From NCBI GenBank assembly GCA_963848295.1, contig CAWKDB010000010.1, positions 4,000,001 to 4,064,000 on the forward strand: DNA of 64,000 nucleotides, read 5' to 3'. The stretch's first letter is position 1. The number at the start of each line of letters is the position of its first letter. Positions 34,820 to 45,009 of the stretch are shown one piece after another. The stretch is from an uncultured delta proteobacterium (GTDB taxonomy: Bacteria > Myxococcota_A > Polyangia > Haliangiales > Haliangiaceae). The notes under the pieces were generated by a model. The model searched no databases, was not told the DNA's origin, and worked only from the letters and a program-made list of their open reading frames with translations. A program made the position numbers and the translations under genes.

Positions 34820-36016
34820 TCATGCGACCCGTGGGCGCGCCGGATCGACGCGCACGGGATCGAGCTGCTTCGCCGCGAATCGGGACAGCAGCTCGCTGGT
34901 GCCGTGGCGGCGCGCCAGAGCCAGCTCCTCGGGATAGAGCGGGCACACCGCGAGGAACTCGACCGTGCGGCCGACGATCGCGAGCGGTGGCACCCGCGAG
35001 CTCGCGAGGAACAGCACCGCATCGAAGTCGGTCGCCCGCGGCCCGTCCGGCGGCGACATCGGGCCGGTCGTCTCGCGCGGTCGATACTCGATCGAGTGAC
35101 GATGCGGCGTGCGCGCGAGGAAGCGCAGCCAGGCCATCGGCCAGAACCAGCGCGGATCGGTCAGGTCGGCCTCTCCGAACCGCCAGCCCGCGGGCAGCTC
35201 GATCACGAGCTCGGTGTAGATGCCGGCGCCGGTCCCGTCGAGTCCGACCGGGAACAACGGGCGCTCGGCCATGCCACTGGTCGCGAGCGCGACGCCGCGC
35301 TCGGTCGATATCGCGTGGAGATCGACATGGACCCAGCGCGAGTCGCGATCGTGATAGACCGACGTGATCGGCGCGACGTGGTGCGTGAGGTGCGCCGCCA
35401 CCGCCTCGATCAGCACGCGATCGCCATCGCTCTTGGTCGCAGGCTTCTCGGGGAGCCGACCGTGCTCGATCACCGGTTGAGCGCGCGGTCGTTGGCTGCC
35501 GCTCGCGAGCCACGCCCGGTAGCGCGCGATCGCCGCGGCGTGATCGCCGCCGTCGCCGAGCACACCGCGCAGCGCAGCGGCGAGGCCCGCGCGCTGAGCC
35601 TCGACCGCGCGCGCGACCCGCGGCTCGCGCATCAGCTCGGCGAGCGGCTGCTTCGGGTGCGCCGCGATCACCGGCCTGGCCTCGGGCTTCATCGACCACA
35701 GCGTCGCGGGCACGAGCGTCTCGAGTGTGGCGAGCGCGCTCGCGCGCGCGTCGGCATCGCCGAGCGCGATCACGTAGAGCGCGACCACGAACGGTGAGGG
35801 CTCGACCGCCGCAGCGCGCGCGCGCGCGACCTCGGCCGAGGTCGCATCGCCGCATGCCCAGCGCTCGATCACCTCGATCGCATCGCGGGTCGCTGGCTTG
35901 ACCCTGTCGAGCGACGGCGCGAGCTGCCGGATCAACAGGCACGCACCGAGCGCGCAGAGCTCGCGATCGGCGGCGAGCCCGCGCAGCAGCACACCGAGGT
36001 CCAGATGATCCGCCAC
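34820..36016 (-). CDS. Suppressor-of-fused (SUFU) domain protein with helical N-terminal domain
   Basis: VHVDLH, LATSGMAERP, YTELVIELP, WPMAWLRFLARTPH, FLAVCPLYPEEL. Confidence 0.75.
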   Translation of the reverse strand: MADHLDLGVLLRGLAADRELCALGACLLIRQLAPSLDRVKPATRDAIEVIERWACGDATSAEVARARAAAVEPSPFVVALYVIALGDADARASALATLETLVPATLWSMKPEARPVIAAHPKQPLAELMREPRVARAVEAQRAGLAAALRGVLGDGGDHAAAIARYRAWLASGSQRPRAQPVIEHGRLPEKPATKSDGDRVLIEAVAAHLTHHVAPITSVYHDRDSRWVHVDLHAISTERGVALATSGMAERPLFPVGLDGTGAGIYTELVIELPAGWRFGEADLTDPRWFWPMAWLRFLARTPHRHSIEYRPRETTGPMSPPDGPRATDFDAVLFLASSRVPPLAIVGRTVEFLAVCPLYPEELALARRHGTSELLSRFAAKQLDPVRVDPARPRVA

Positions 36017-36047
36017 CCACCGGATCCATCACGGACGAGGCTGCCGG

Positions 36048-36911
36048 TCAAGCGGCGGGCTCGGTTCGCAACGTCGTCGCGGTGCGCGGCCGCGTCGCGC
36101 GCACGACCACGGCGCCGATCACGATCGCACCGCCCGCGAGCGCCCATGGCCCCGGGCGTTCACCGAACGCGAGCGCGACCCAGACCGGCGATGCGATCGG
36201 CTCGATCACGGGCATCAGCATCGCTTCGAGCGCCGTGACATGGCGAATCGCACCCGCGTAGCACAGGTACGCGAGCGCTTGCTGGACGATGCCGAGCGCG
36301 ATCAGCGCGAGCCAGCCGTTCGCGTCGGGCGCCGGCGAGGCGAACCAAAACGGCAGGCCGAGCACCGCCGCGAGCGCGTTGCCCAGCAGCAATGGGCGCA
36401 GCGGATCGATGTTCGGATCGAGCGCCGCCTTGCGCATCGTGAGCGCACCGGCCGCGTAGGCGACGCCACCCGCCGCGGCGACGAGATTACCCGCGAAATG
36501 GTCGAGCGTGAGCTGTTCGACGAAGAACAGCGCGATCCCGACGATCACCGCCGCGATCGTCGCCCAATCGACCCGGCTCGCCCGCTCGCCGAGAAACCAC
36601 GCGCCGAGCAGTGCGACCCAGATCGGCGCCGAATACTGGATGAGGATCGCGTTCGCCGCGGTCGTCAGCTTGTTCGCGATGACGAACAGCCCGGTACTGA
36701 GGGCGAGCGCGCACGCGGCGGCCCATTCGGCGCGCGCGATGTTGCGCAACGACGGTCGGCGAATCGCGTAGAGCGCCAGCGCCGCGATCCCGCCGCGTAC
36801 TGACCAGATGGCTAGGGGATGCCACGCGACAAGTTTGATAAGTACGCCAGCGGTGCTCCAGCACAACCCACACGTCGCGAGCAGGACGAGCGCTCGCCGA
36901 TGTGCGGACAT
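36048..36911 (-). CDS. EamA/DMT family transporter
   Basis: LCWSTAGVLIK, ANKLTTAANAILIQYSAPIWV, IEPIASPVWV. Confidence 0.9.
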   Translation of the reverse strand: MSAHRRALVLLATCGLCWSTAGVLIKLVAWHPLAIWSVRGGIAALALYAIRRPSLRNIARAEWAAACALALSTGLFVIANKLTTAANAILIQYSAPIWVALLGAWFLGERASRVDWATIAAVIVGIALFFVEQLTLDHFAGNLVAAAGGVAYAAGALTMRKAALDPNIDPLRPLLLGNALAAVLGLPFWFASPAPDANGWLALIALGIVQQALAYLCYAGAIRHVTALEAMLMPVIEPIASPVWVALAFGERPGPWALAGGAIVIGAVVVRATRPRTATTLRTEPAA

Positions 36912-36939
36912 GTCGCACGCGAGGATATCAAATTCCGCG

Positions 36940-36972
36940 TTGACCATTCGCGAAAATGAACATAGATTCATT
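36940..36972 (+). promoter_or_regulatory. Sigma70-type promoter with overlapping palindromic operator upstream of tetR
   Basis: TTGACC(36940)-17 nt-TAGATT(36963); AATGAA-N6-TTCATT inverted repeat 36955-36972. Confidence 0.7.
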
Positions 36973-36975
36973 CCG

Positions 36976-37575
36976 GTGAGTGTTCGTTCAGCCGCGCGGA
37001 AACCGACCGTCAAGCTGCGCGCTCGCGCCGCGGTCTCGACGGCGATCCTCGAAGCGGCCGAACAGGTCGCCGCCGAGCGTGGCCTCGATGCGACCTCGAC
37101 CTCCGCGATCGCGGAGCGTGCGGGAGTGGCGGTCGGCACGCTCTATAACTACTTCGTCGATCGCGAAGGTCTGGTCAGCGCGCTGTTCAAGTGGCGGCGC
37201 GATCAGATCGTGCCGGCGATCGTCAGCGCGGCCGAGAAGACGCGCTCGCTGCCCTTCGAACAACGCTTGCGCCGCTATCTCGGTGCGGTCGTCGAGGTGT
37301 TCGAGTCGTATCGGCAGTTCATTCGCGTCGCGATGTCGGCCGATCAATCGGGCATCAAGGTCAAAGGTCGCAACCCCGCGGTGCTCGCGATCGTGACCGA
37401 AGAGCTCGCCGAGATCCTCGGCCACGTCGCGCCCGATCACAGCGCCGAGTACGCGCGGGTGTTATTCGGTGGGCTCAAGGGGTTGCTCAACTGGCGGGTC
37501 GAGCGAGACGAGCCGATGGGTGCGGACGCGGCTCTCGTGATCGACATGTTCCTGTCCGGGGTCATGGCGGGATGA
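36976..37575 (+). CDS. TetR/AcrR family regulator
   Basis: ILEAAEQVAAERGLDATSTSAIAERAGVAVGTLYNYF HTH. Confidence 0.9.
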   Translation: MSVRSAARKPTVKLRARAAVSTAILEAAEQVAAERGLDATSTSAIAERAGVAVGTLYNYFVDREGLVSALFKWRRDQIVPAIVSAAEKTRSLPFEQRLRRYLGAVVEVFESYRQFIRVAMSADQSGIKVKGRNPAVLAIVTEELAEILGHVAPDHSAEYARVLFGGLKGLLNWRVERDEPMGADAALVIDMFLSGVMAG

Positions 37576-39176
37576 GCGCACCGGTGAGCTACATCGGCGC
37601 GCCGCAGCCGGTCAACAAGTGGCTGGTCGCGGTCTCGATCGCTTTCGGCTCGCTGATGGCGACGATCGATTCGTCGATCGTCAACGTCGCGATGCCGAAT
37701 ATTCGCGGCGAGCTCGGCGCGAGCATCCAAGAGATCACGTGGATCTCGACCGCGTACATGGTCGCGATGGTGCTCGTCATGCCGCTGACCGGCTTCCTCG
37801 GCGGGTTCTTCGGCCAGAAGCGGGTCTATCTGCTGTCGATGATCACGTTCGTCACCGGATCGGCGCTGTGCGGCACCGCGCGCACGCTGCCCGCGCTCGT
37901 GTTCTATCGGATCCTCCAAGGTCTCGGCGGCGGCGCGCTGCAGCCGACCCAGCAGGCGATCCTGCGCCAGACGTTCCCGCCGGAAGAGCAGGGCATCGCG
38001 ATGGCGATGTTCGCGATGGTCGTGATGATCGGCCCCGCGGTCGGCCCGGTGCTCGGCGGCTACATCACCGACAACTACTCGTGGCCGTGGATCTTCTACA
38101 TCAACATGCCGGTCGGCTTGATCGGCATCTTGATGACGATCCAGAACGTGCACGAGCCCGACGACGTCCGCGTCGCCAACCGCGCGCGCGCCGAGGTCAT
38201 GCGCAGGAACCTCGATATCGCCGGCATCGTGCTGATGGTCATCGGCGTCGGTGCGCTGCAGTACCTGTTCGAAGAGGGGCCGCAAGACGATTGGTTCGAT
38301 TCGCTCGGGATCCGCATCGCCGCGTTTCTCTGCGTCCTGGGGATCGCCGGCTTCATCATACGAGAGCTCACCGCGACCGCGCCGGTCGTGAACTTGCGGC
38401 TGTTCAAGGACCCGACGTTCTCGTCCGCGACGTTGATCGCGTTCGTGATGTTCGGGATGTTGATGGGCAGCATGTTCCTGCTGCCGGTGTTCGCGCAGGA
38501 GAGCCTGCACTACACCGCGACCTTGTCGGGTATCGTGCTGATGCCGCGAACGCTCGCGATGATGGCGGTGTCGCCGATCGTCGGGCGGCTCTACAACAAG
38601 ATACAGCCCGCGTTCATCGTCGGGGTCGGCGTGGTCCTGTTCGCGATCGGCTCGTGGCAACTCAGCCACATCTCGCTCGAGACATCGTCGATCCAGATGA
38701 TCTTCCCGCTCGTGGTCACCGGTGCTGCGTTCGCGTGCTTGTTCGTGCCGCTCACGACCGCGGCGCTCAGCAAGATCGATCGTCACTTGATGGCCGACGC
38801 GGCCGGCCTCAACTCGTTCATGCGCCAGGTCGGCGGCTCGGTCGGGCTCACGATCTTCGCGACGATGTTCACGAACTATGCGATCGAGGCGAAGGCCGGG
38901 ATCGCGGCGCACTTGACGACGCTGCGGCCCGAGGTCGTCGCGTACTTCGCGCATATCAAAGCCGCGATCGTGGCGCACGGCTTCGATCCGGCGTCGGCGC
39001 AGATGGCAGCCGGTCGAGCGATCGGCGCCAGAGTCTACGAACAGGCGACGGTCCTCAGCTTCGATCGAGTGTTCATCACGCAGGGCGTGTTGTTCTTGGC
39101 GGTGATCCCGCTGTTGTTCTTCCTACGCGTGCCCCGGACTACCGAGAAGGTGCACGTCGAGCTACCGATGGAGTGA
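37572..39176 (+). CDS. DHA2 family MFS efflux permease (EmrB-like)
   Basis: DSSIVNVAMP, RILQGLGGG, WPWIFYINMPVG. Confidence 0.92.
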   Translation: MSAPVSYIGAPQPVNKWLVAVSIAFGSLMATIDSSIVNVAMPNIRGELGASIQEITWISTAYMVAMVLVMPLTGFLGGFFGQKRVYLLSMITFVTGSALCGTARTLPALVFYRILQGLGGGALQPTQQAILRQTFPPEEQGIAMAMFAMVVMIGPAVGPVLGGYITDNYSWPWIFYINMPVGLIGILMTIQNVHEPDDVRVANRARAEVMRRNLDIAGIVLMVIGVGALQYLFEEGPQDDWFDSLGIRIAAFLCVLGIAGFIIRELTATAPVVNLRLFKDPTFSSATLIAFVMFGMLMGSMFLLPVFAQESLHYTATLSGIVLMPRTLAMMAVSPIVGRLYNKIQPAFIVGVGVVLFAIGSWQLSHISLETSSIQMIFPLVVTGAAFACLFVPLTTAALSKIDRHLMADAAGLNSFMRQVGGSVGLTIFATMFTNYAIEAKAGIAAHLTTLRPEVVAYFAHIKAAIVAHGFDPASAQMAAGRAIGARVYEQATVLSFDRVFITQGVLFLAVIPLLFFLRVPRTTEKVHVELPME

Positions 39177-39179
39177 TTT

Positions 39180-40427
39180 ATGGCAACCGAACAACCACAT
39201 CCCACGAACGGTAAAGAACCCTCGCCGACGCCGAAAGCGACAGTCGTCGCCCCGGTGCCAAAGAAGAGCAAGGCAAAGCGCGCGTACGCGTTGCTGGCCG
39301 GACTCTCGGCTGCCGCGGTCGGCGTGTACTTCATCCACGGCTACATCACGCGCAACGAAGTCTCGACCGATGACGCGGAAGTCGACGCCGATGTCGTGCC
39401 GGTCGCGGCGAGAGTGGGTGGCGTCGTGCTGCACATGGGGGTCGTCGACAACCAGAAGGTCAAGGCACGCGACGTGATCGCCGAGATCGATCCGGCGGAG
39501 TACACCGCCAGGGTGGCACAGGCTCAATACGAGCTCGATGCCGCGAACGATCAAGTGGAGGCGGCGAACCAGCAAGTCGGTATCGTGAAATCGATGTCGG
39601 CCGGCGGTTTGTCGTCGGCGCAAGCGATGTTGCAAGGCACCGGCGCCTCGGTGCGTTCGGCGGAAGCGCAAGTGCAGAGCGCGGCGGCGGCGCTCGCGCG
39701 TGCGAAGGCGGAGCAAGTAAAGGCCGATACCGACTTCCAGCGGGCGAAGACACTGCACGATGAAGGCGCGGTCAGCGGTCAAGCGCTCGAGACCGCGACG
39801 TCGGCACGCGACAGCGCTCGCGCGGCGGTCGACCAGGCGAACGCGAACCTCAGGGCCGCGCACGATCAGCAAGCGCTGTCCGAGTCGCGCGTCGCGGAAG
39901 CACGCGGTCACGTCGAACAGTCGACCTCGGTCGATGACCAGGTCGCGGCGGCGAACGCCGCGCTCAAGCACGCGGTGGATCACGTCAACGCCGCGAAGGA
40001 GGCGCTCAAGCTCGCGAAGCTCCAGGTCGAGTACGCGACGATCAGGGCACCGGTCACCGGCTACGTGTCGAAGCTCGGTGTGCACGAAGGCCAGATGGTG
40101 CAACCAGGGATGACGGTGGTCATGGTGGTACCCGCGACGTCGTACGTCGTCGCGAACTTCAAGGAGACGCAGATCGGTCGGATCCGCGCCGGCGATCCGG
40201 TCGATATTACGGTCGACGCGTTCGACACCACGTTCCACGGCAAGGTCGATAGCGTGTCGGCCGGTACGGGCGCGCGGTTCTCGATGATGCCGCCGGACAA
40301 CGCGACCGGAAACTTCGTGAAGGTCGTGCAGCGCGTGCCGGTGAAGATCAAGTGGGACGACGGACAAGACCTGTCGGAGCTTCACGCCGGATTGTCGGCC
40401 GAAGTTAAAGTCTATCTCCAGCATTGA
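39180..40427 (+). CDS. HlyD/EmrA family membrane fusion protein
   Basis: STDDAEV, ANFKETQ, PPDNATGNFVKVVQRVPVKI. Confidence 0.92.
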   Translation: MATEQPHPTNGKEPSPTPKATVVAPVPKKSKAKRAYALLAGLSAAAVGVYFIHGYITRNEVSTDDAEVDADVVPVAARVGGVVLHMGVVDNQKVKARDVIAEIDPAEYTARVAQAQYELDAANDQVEAANQQVGIVKSMSAGGLSSAQAMLQGTGASVRSAEAQVQSAAAALARAKAEQVKADTDFQRAKTLHDEGAVSGQALETATSARDSARAAVDQANANLRAAHDQQALSESRVAEARGHVEQSTSVDDQVAAANAALKHAVDHVNAAKEALKLAKLQVEYATIRAPVTGYVSKLGVHEGQMVQPGMTVVMVVPATSYVVANFKETQIGRIRAGDPVDITVDAFDTTFHGKVDSVSAGTGARFSMMPPDNATGNFVKVVQRVPVKIKWDDGQDLSELHAGLSAEVKVYLQH

Positions 40428-40432
40428 GCCAT

Positions 40433-41743
40433 ATGAGTCGAACCGCCATCGTCTCTGTCGTCCTCGGGCTCGCCGGCGTCGCGCACGCCGACGGCACGCC
40501 ACAAAAACAAACCCTCACGTTCGAAGGCGCGATCCAGCTCTCGCTCGGGCTCAATCCCGACGCCGCTGCCGCGAAGGAAGCGCTCGCCGGCTCCGAAGCG
40601 AAGGCCGCCGGCGTGCGCTCGCATCGCTGGGCCACGCTCAACGTCAACGCGGCGCTCGACTATTACACGGAGCCGTACGTCCTCGCGTTCGGGTCGCTCG
40701 GTTCGTTCGAGCTCCACAAGGAGGAGACGACCGCGACCATCGTCCAGATCAACCAACCGCTCAGTGGGCTCGCGTACCTGACCGAGCTCGTCGACGCGGC
40801 CGATCATCAGACCGCCGCGTCGAAGCACGACTACGATCGGACGCGGCTCGACATCGCCTACCACACCGCCGACGCCTACATCCGCCTGCTGCAAGCGCGC
40901 GCGAGCGCGGACGTCGCCCACAAGTCCGTCGCCGATATCCAGAGCGAGCTCGTGCGTGCGAAGCAGCTGCGCGCCGCCGACACCTATACCGACATCGACG
41001 TGCTGCGCTTCGAATCGGCGAAGGCGGGCGCGGATCAGACCGCGGTGAGAGCCGATGCGTCGATCGATAGCGCGCTCGGCGGCCTGACCGTCCAGCTCGG
41101 CTTGCCCGATGGTGCACCGATCGAGATCTCGGACGATCTGCCGGCGACGCCGCCGCCGCTCGCGATGACGCTCGAGCAAGCGCAGTCGCGCGCGCTCCAG
41201 GCGCGCCCCGAGCTCGGTAGCGCACGCGAACAGGTCGCGGCCGCCGACGACAGCCGCAAGGCGGCATGGGATCACTATTTGCCCGACGTGCGCGCGGTCG
41301 CGCAGTGGAACCACCTCACCCACGTCCAGCCGTTCGCCCCCGAGGACGAGTACTTCGTCGGCCTGACCGCGAACTGGACGGTCTGGGACTGGCTCGCGAC
41401 GCACCACGGCGTCGAAGAAGCGGAGCATGCGAAGTCGCGCGCGGCGATCGTAGCCGGCGCGCTCGTCGATCAGGTGAAGCTCGATGTCCGCAAGCATTGG
41501 CTCGTCGCGCGCGCCGCCCACGACAACCTCGCCTCGGCGAAGACCGAGCAACAAGCCGCCGACGAGGCGCTGCGGCTTCAGAAGGTCCGGTTCGACGCGG
41601 GTGCCGCGACGACGACCGACGTGCTCGATGCCGAGACCGACGCGGCACGCGCTCGGTTGTCCGCCGCGATCGCGCGCTACGACTACTACCTGGCGCTGGT
41701 CGCGCTCGCGCGTTCGGTTGGCGACCTGCCGAGCACGAAGTAG
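40433..41743 (+). CDS. TolC family outer membrane protein
   Basis: Signal peptide; RFDAGAATTTDVLDAE motif; operon context. Confidence 0.88.
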   Translation: MSRTAIVSVVLGLAGVAHADGTPQKQTLTFEGAIQLSLGLNPDAAAAKEALAGSEAKAAGVRSHRWATLNVNAALDYYTEPYVLAFGSLGSFELHKEETTATIVQINQPLSGLAYLTELVDAADHQTAASKHDYDRTRLDIAYHTADAYIRLLQARASADVAHKSVADIQSELVRAKQLRAADTYTDIDVLRFESAKAGADQTAVRADASIDSALGGLTVQLGLPDGAPIEISDDLPATPPPLAMTLEQAQSRALQARPELGSAREQVAAADDSRKAAWDHYLPDVRAVAQWNHLTHVQPFAPEDEYFVGLTANWTVWDWLATHHGVEEAEHAKSRAAIVAGALVDQVKLDVRKHWLVARAAHDNLASAKTEQQAADEALRLQKVRFDAGAATTTDVLDAETDAARARLSAAIARYDYYLALVALARSVGDLPSTK

Positions 41744-41765
41744 CGCGATCCGGTATCGTGGGTCG

Positions 41766-42824
41766 ATGTTTCGACCCCTCGCCGTCCTGACCGCCGCCTC
41801 GATCGCTTTGCTATCCGCGCCGCGCTCTGCCGCAGCGTTCGACACGTGGTGGCACGCGGAATGTACGCGCAAGGCGATGGAGGCGAACGGCTTCAACGCC
41901 GACTCGCGCCTCGTCACCCAGTTCGAGAACTACCTCACCGACGTGTTTCCCGGCGTCAATATCGCGCAGGAGTGGCAGCAGGACCACAAGGTGGACGTGC
42001 TCAACCTGCCCGCCGACGCATCGTACGAATGGATGCACTTCGACGCGGTGTTCACGACGAAGGACGTGATCGCGAACTGGGACCGGCTGCGCAAGAATAC
42101 GATCGCGGCGCTGCAGCATTGGTCGGCCGACAAGTCGCTGACCGGGAACCTGCGCCGCGTCGTGTTGCTCAGCATCGTCGGCGCGAGCTTGCACACGGTG
42201 CAAGATTTCTATTCGCACTCGAATTGGGTCAACTACTGGGCCGGCCAGGGCAAGCCCGTCCCGCTGTGGTTCGATGTCGATCCGAAGGACCTCGCGGGTA
42301 TCGATATCCACAGCGGCGCCTATCCCGACGGCTCGGCCAAGGGCCACGAGAACCACCGCGATCTGAACAAGGATAGCTCGGTGCGCAAGCTCAACGTGCC
42401 GGCGGTCGAGGCCGCGACGCGCGCATCGATCGCGTGGGTCAAGATGTTGATGGCCGCGGTGCCGGAGGCGGGTTGGGCGGACCTCCAGAGCATGGACGTG
42501 CACGGCGATCCGGTGCTCAAGCCGTTCCTGATGGAGCTCGACTCGACGTTTCTCACCTCGAGCTCGATCGTCGCGCATCACTTCGATGGCGTGCAGCCGG
42601 TGAAGCACGTGTTCAATTCCGATCCAGACACCGAGGTGCATCAGGCCTACGCGGCCCTCGGCTTGACCGTCGGCCGCTACGCGCCGTACCTCGCGCAAGC
42701 GAAGAATCCGTTCCACTTGCCATCGCCGTTCTGGGCCGGCCACATGGAGTGGCACATCACGCACGAGCTCGCGGACGGCCTGATGTTGGCGGGTAAGATC
42801 TACAACGTGCCGCATGGTCCGTAA
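41766..42824 (+). CDS. Secreted Het-C/VWA7-N-like (Zn PLC/P1-nuclease fold) protein
   Basis: Signal peptide AAA|F, WHAE, HFDA, LHTVQDFYSHSNW, LNKD. Confidence 0.65.
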   Translation: MFRPLAVLTAASIALLSAPRSAAAFDTWWHAECTRKAMEANGFNADSRLVTQFENYLTDVFPGVNIAQEWQQDHKVDVLNLPADASYEWMHFDAVFTTKDVIANWDRLRKNTIAALQHWSADKSLTGNLRRVVLLSIVGASLHTVQDFYSHSNWVNYWAGQGKPVPLWFDVDPKDLAGIDIHSGAYPDGSAKGHENHRDLNKDSSVRKLNVPAVEAATRASIAWVKMLMAAVPEAGWADLQSMDVHGDPVLKPFLMELDSTFLTSSSIVAHHFDGVQPVKHVFNSDPDTEVHQAYAALGLTVGRYAPYLAQAKNPFHLPSPFWAGHMEWHITHELADGLMLAGKIYNVPHGP

Positions 42825-43602
42825 CGTTCGCGTGGGGGAGCTCACGATCGCGAGCCACGAGCAGGGCGCCGGCGATCCTGTGCTGCTCGTCCATAGCGGC
42901 GGGTTCTCGTCGCGGCAGTGGAAGCGGCTCGCCGCGCTGCTCGCGCCGACCCATCACGTGCTCGCGCCCGATCTGATCGGCTACGGAGAATCGAGCCCGT
43001 GGCCGGCGGATCGGCCGTTTCATTTCTCGCGCGATCTCGACGCGCTCGCCGAGGTGCTCGCCGGCTTGCCGCCGGCGCATGTCGTCGGGCACTCGTACGG
43101 CGGGTTTCTCGCGCTGCTGCTCGCGCTGCGGGCTCCGGCTGCGGTTCGTTCGCTCGCGGTCTACGACCCGGTCGCGTTCGGCATCCTCGACGAGCCGGCC
43201 GATCGCGATGCGCGGGCAGCGCTTTACCTCCCGGCGCCGACCTACACCGGGGAGCCGTGGCTCGCCGCGTTCGTCGATTGGTGGAACGGCCCGGGTGCGT
43301 GGCAACACCTCGCTGCGGAGGCGAAGGCGGCATTCTTCGCCGCCGGGCCGAAGCTGTACGGTGAGGTGATGTCACTGACCGCGGACCACACCGATCGCGC
43401 CGGCTACGCGAAAATCTCGCAGCCGACGTTGTTGTTCGGCGGTGAACGCACGCCCGCGACCGAGCACCGGGTCGTCGAAAAGCTCGGCCGCACGCTGCCG
43501 AACGTCGAGTTGCACTGGCTCGAGGGCGCCGGTCACATGGGACCGATCACGCACGGGGCGATCGTCAACGCCGCGATCGCCGCGCACATTCGCGCGCATT
43601 AG
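42814..43602 (+). CDS. Alpha/beta hydrolase
   Basis: PDLIGYGES, GHSYGG nucleophile elbow, GAGHMGP. Confidence 0.9.
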   Translation: MVRNVRVGELTIASHEQGAGDPVLLVHSGGFSSRQWKRLAALLAPTHHVLAPDLIGYGESSPWPADRPFHFSRDLDALAEVLAGLPPAHVVGHSYGGFLALLLALRAPAAVRSLAVYDPVAFGILDEPADRDARAALYLPAPTYTGEPWLAAFVDWWNGPGAWQHLAAEAKAAFFAAGPKLYGEVMSLTADHTDRAGYAKISQPTLLFGGERTPATEHRVVEKLGRTLPNVELHWLEGAGHMGPITHGAIVNAAIAAHIRAH

Positions 43603-43683
43603 TACCCGGCGCGGTGTGAGCGCGTGGGCGATGCACCGCCGGGCTGGACGGAATCGCAAAATCACGTGACAGTAGACTCAGGG

Positions 43684-45009
43684 ATGCAACCGGGCGACCT
43701 GATCGACGGTTCCAACGGGCGCTACGAGATCCAGCAGAGGATCGTTCGTGGTCAGCTCAGCTCGGTCTATCGCGCGCGCGACCTGATCACCGGCGACTCG
43801 GTCGCGGTCAAGGCGACGCGCAAAGGCGCCGACGATAACATCGCCGAACGCCTCCGCCTCGAGTGCTCGGTGCTGAGCAAGCTCGATCACCCGAACATCG
43901 CCAAGTTCTATGACTTCTCCGAAGACGCGACGAATTGCTACCTGGTCGAGCGCTGGATCGACGGCCCCAGCCTGCGCCGTACGCTCAACACCAACGGGTT
44001 GACGTTGCCAGAGGCGGTGAAGATGGGGCTTCAAGTCGCCAGCGCACTCGGCGCCGCGCACGAGCAAGGCGTGATCCATCGCGACATCAAGCCGGAGAAT
44101 CTGCTGTGGTCCGGCAGCGAATGGATCGTGATCGACTACGGGCTCGCGCGTGTGCTCGGCGAGCAGTTTCACGTCACGCGCACCGGCGCGGTGCTAGGCA
44201 CGCTCGGCTACATGGCGCCGGAGCAAGCGTGTGCGCTGCGCGATGTCGATCTGCGCGCCGACGTGTTCGCGTTCGGCTGCATCTTGTACGAGACGATCTG
44301 CGGTCAGCTCGCGTTCTCGGGCGACAGCCGGCTCGCGATCGAGGCGAAGTTGCTCGTCGTCGATCCGACGCCGATCAGCGAGCTCGTCCCCGAGGTACCG
44401 GCGCCTTTGGCCGAGCTCGTGATGAGCTGCCTGTGCAAAGCCGCGGCCGGCCGGCCCGCGAACGGCGGCGAGATCGAATACGCGCTCGCCGAGATCGCCG
44501 CAGGCCCGATACCGGCGTTACCCGGACGCAAGGTCGAGCGCGCGGAGTTGCCCACGATCCAGGACGAGAACGCGCCGATCGTTTCGGTCGTCGTTACGGC
44601 GCCGATGGCCGAGGTCACACCGACGAGCCTGAGCGAGTGGGAGCTGCGCGTGCGGACGATCCTCGGCCCGTTCGGCGGCGAGCCGATGGTGCTGCAGACC
44701 GGTGCGGTGCTGTTCGTCGCGCCGGCGCGGCTGAGCCCGAGCACCGACACCGCCGCCGCGGCCGCGCTCGCGTTGCAAGATCAGGCGCCCGAGACGCCGA
44801 TCGCGATCGCGTCGGCGCGCGGCTCCGACCACATGGCGCCATCGCTCGAGGTCGTCGGCGCGCAACTCGAGCGCAGCGCACTCGAGAATCTGTTCATGGA
44901 CCATGCGTCCAGCAACATCCGACTCGATCTTCTCACCGCCGGGCATCTCGGCAGTCAGTTCGAGATCATCACGATCGACGACGTCTGCTACCTCAGCGGC
45001 TGGCGTTAG
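43684..45009 (+). CDS. Ser/Thr kinase with degenerate cyclase-like C-terminal domain
   Basis: VAVK, HRDIKPEN, DYGLAR, GYMAPEQ, DVFAFG. Confidence 0.85.
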   Translation: MQPGDLIDGSNGRYEIQQRIVRGQLSSVYRARDLITGDSVAVKATRKGADDNIAERLRLECSVLSKLDHPNIAKFYDFSEDATNCYLVERWIDGPSLRRTLNTNGLTLPEAVKMGLQVASALGAAHEQGVIHRDIKPENLLWSGSEWIVIDYGLARVLGEQFHVTRTGAVLGTLGYMAPEQACALRDVDLRADVFAFGCILYETICGQLAFSGDSRLAIEAKLLVVDPTPISELVPEVPAPLAELVMSCLCKAAAGRPANGGEIEYALAEIAAGPIPALPGRKVERAELPTIQDENAPIVSVVVTAPMAEVTPTSLSEWELRVRTILGPFGGEPMVLQTGAVLFVAPARLSPSTDTAAAAALALQDQAPETPIAIASARGSDHMAPSLEVVGAQLERSALENLFMDHASSNIRLDLLTAGHLGSQFEIITIDDVCYLSGWR

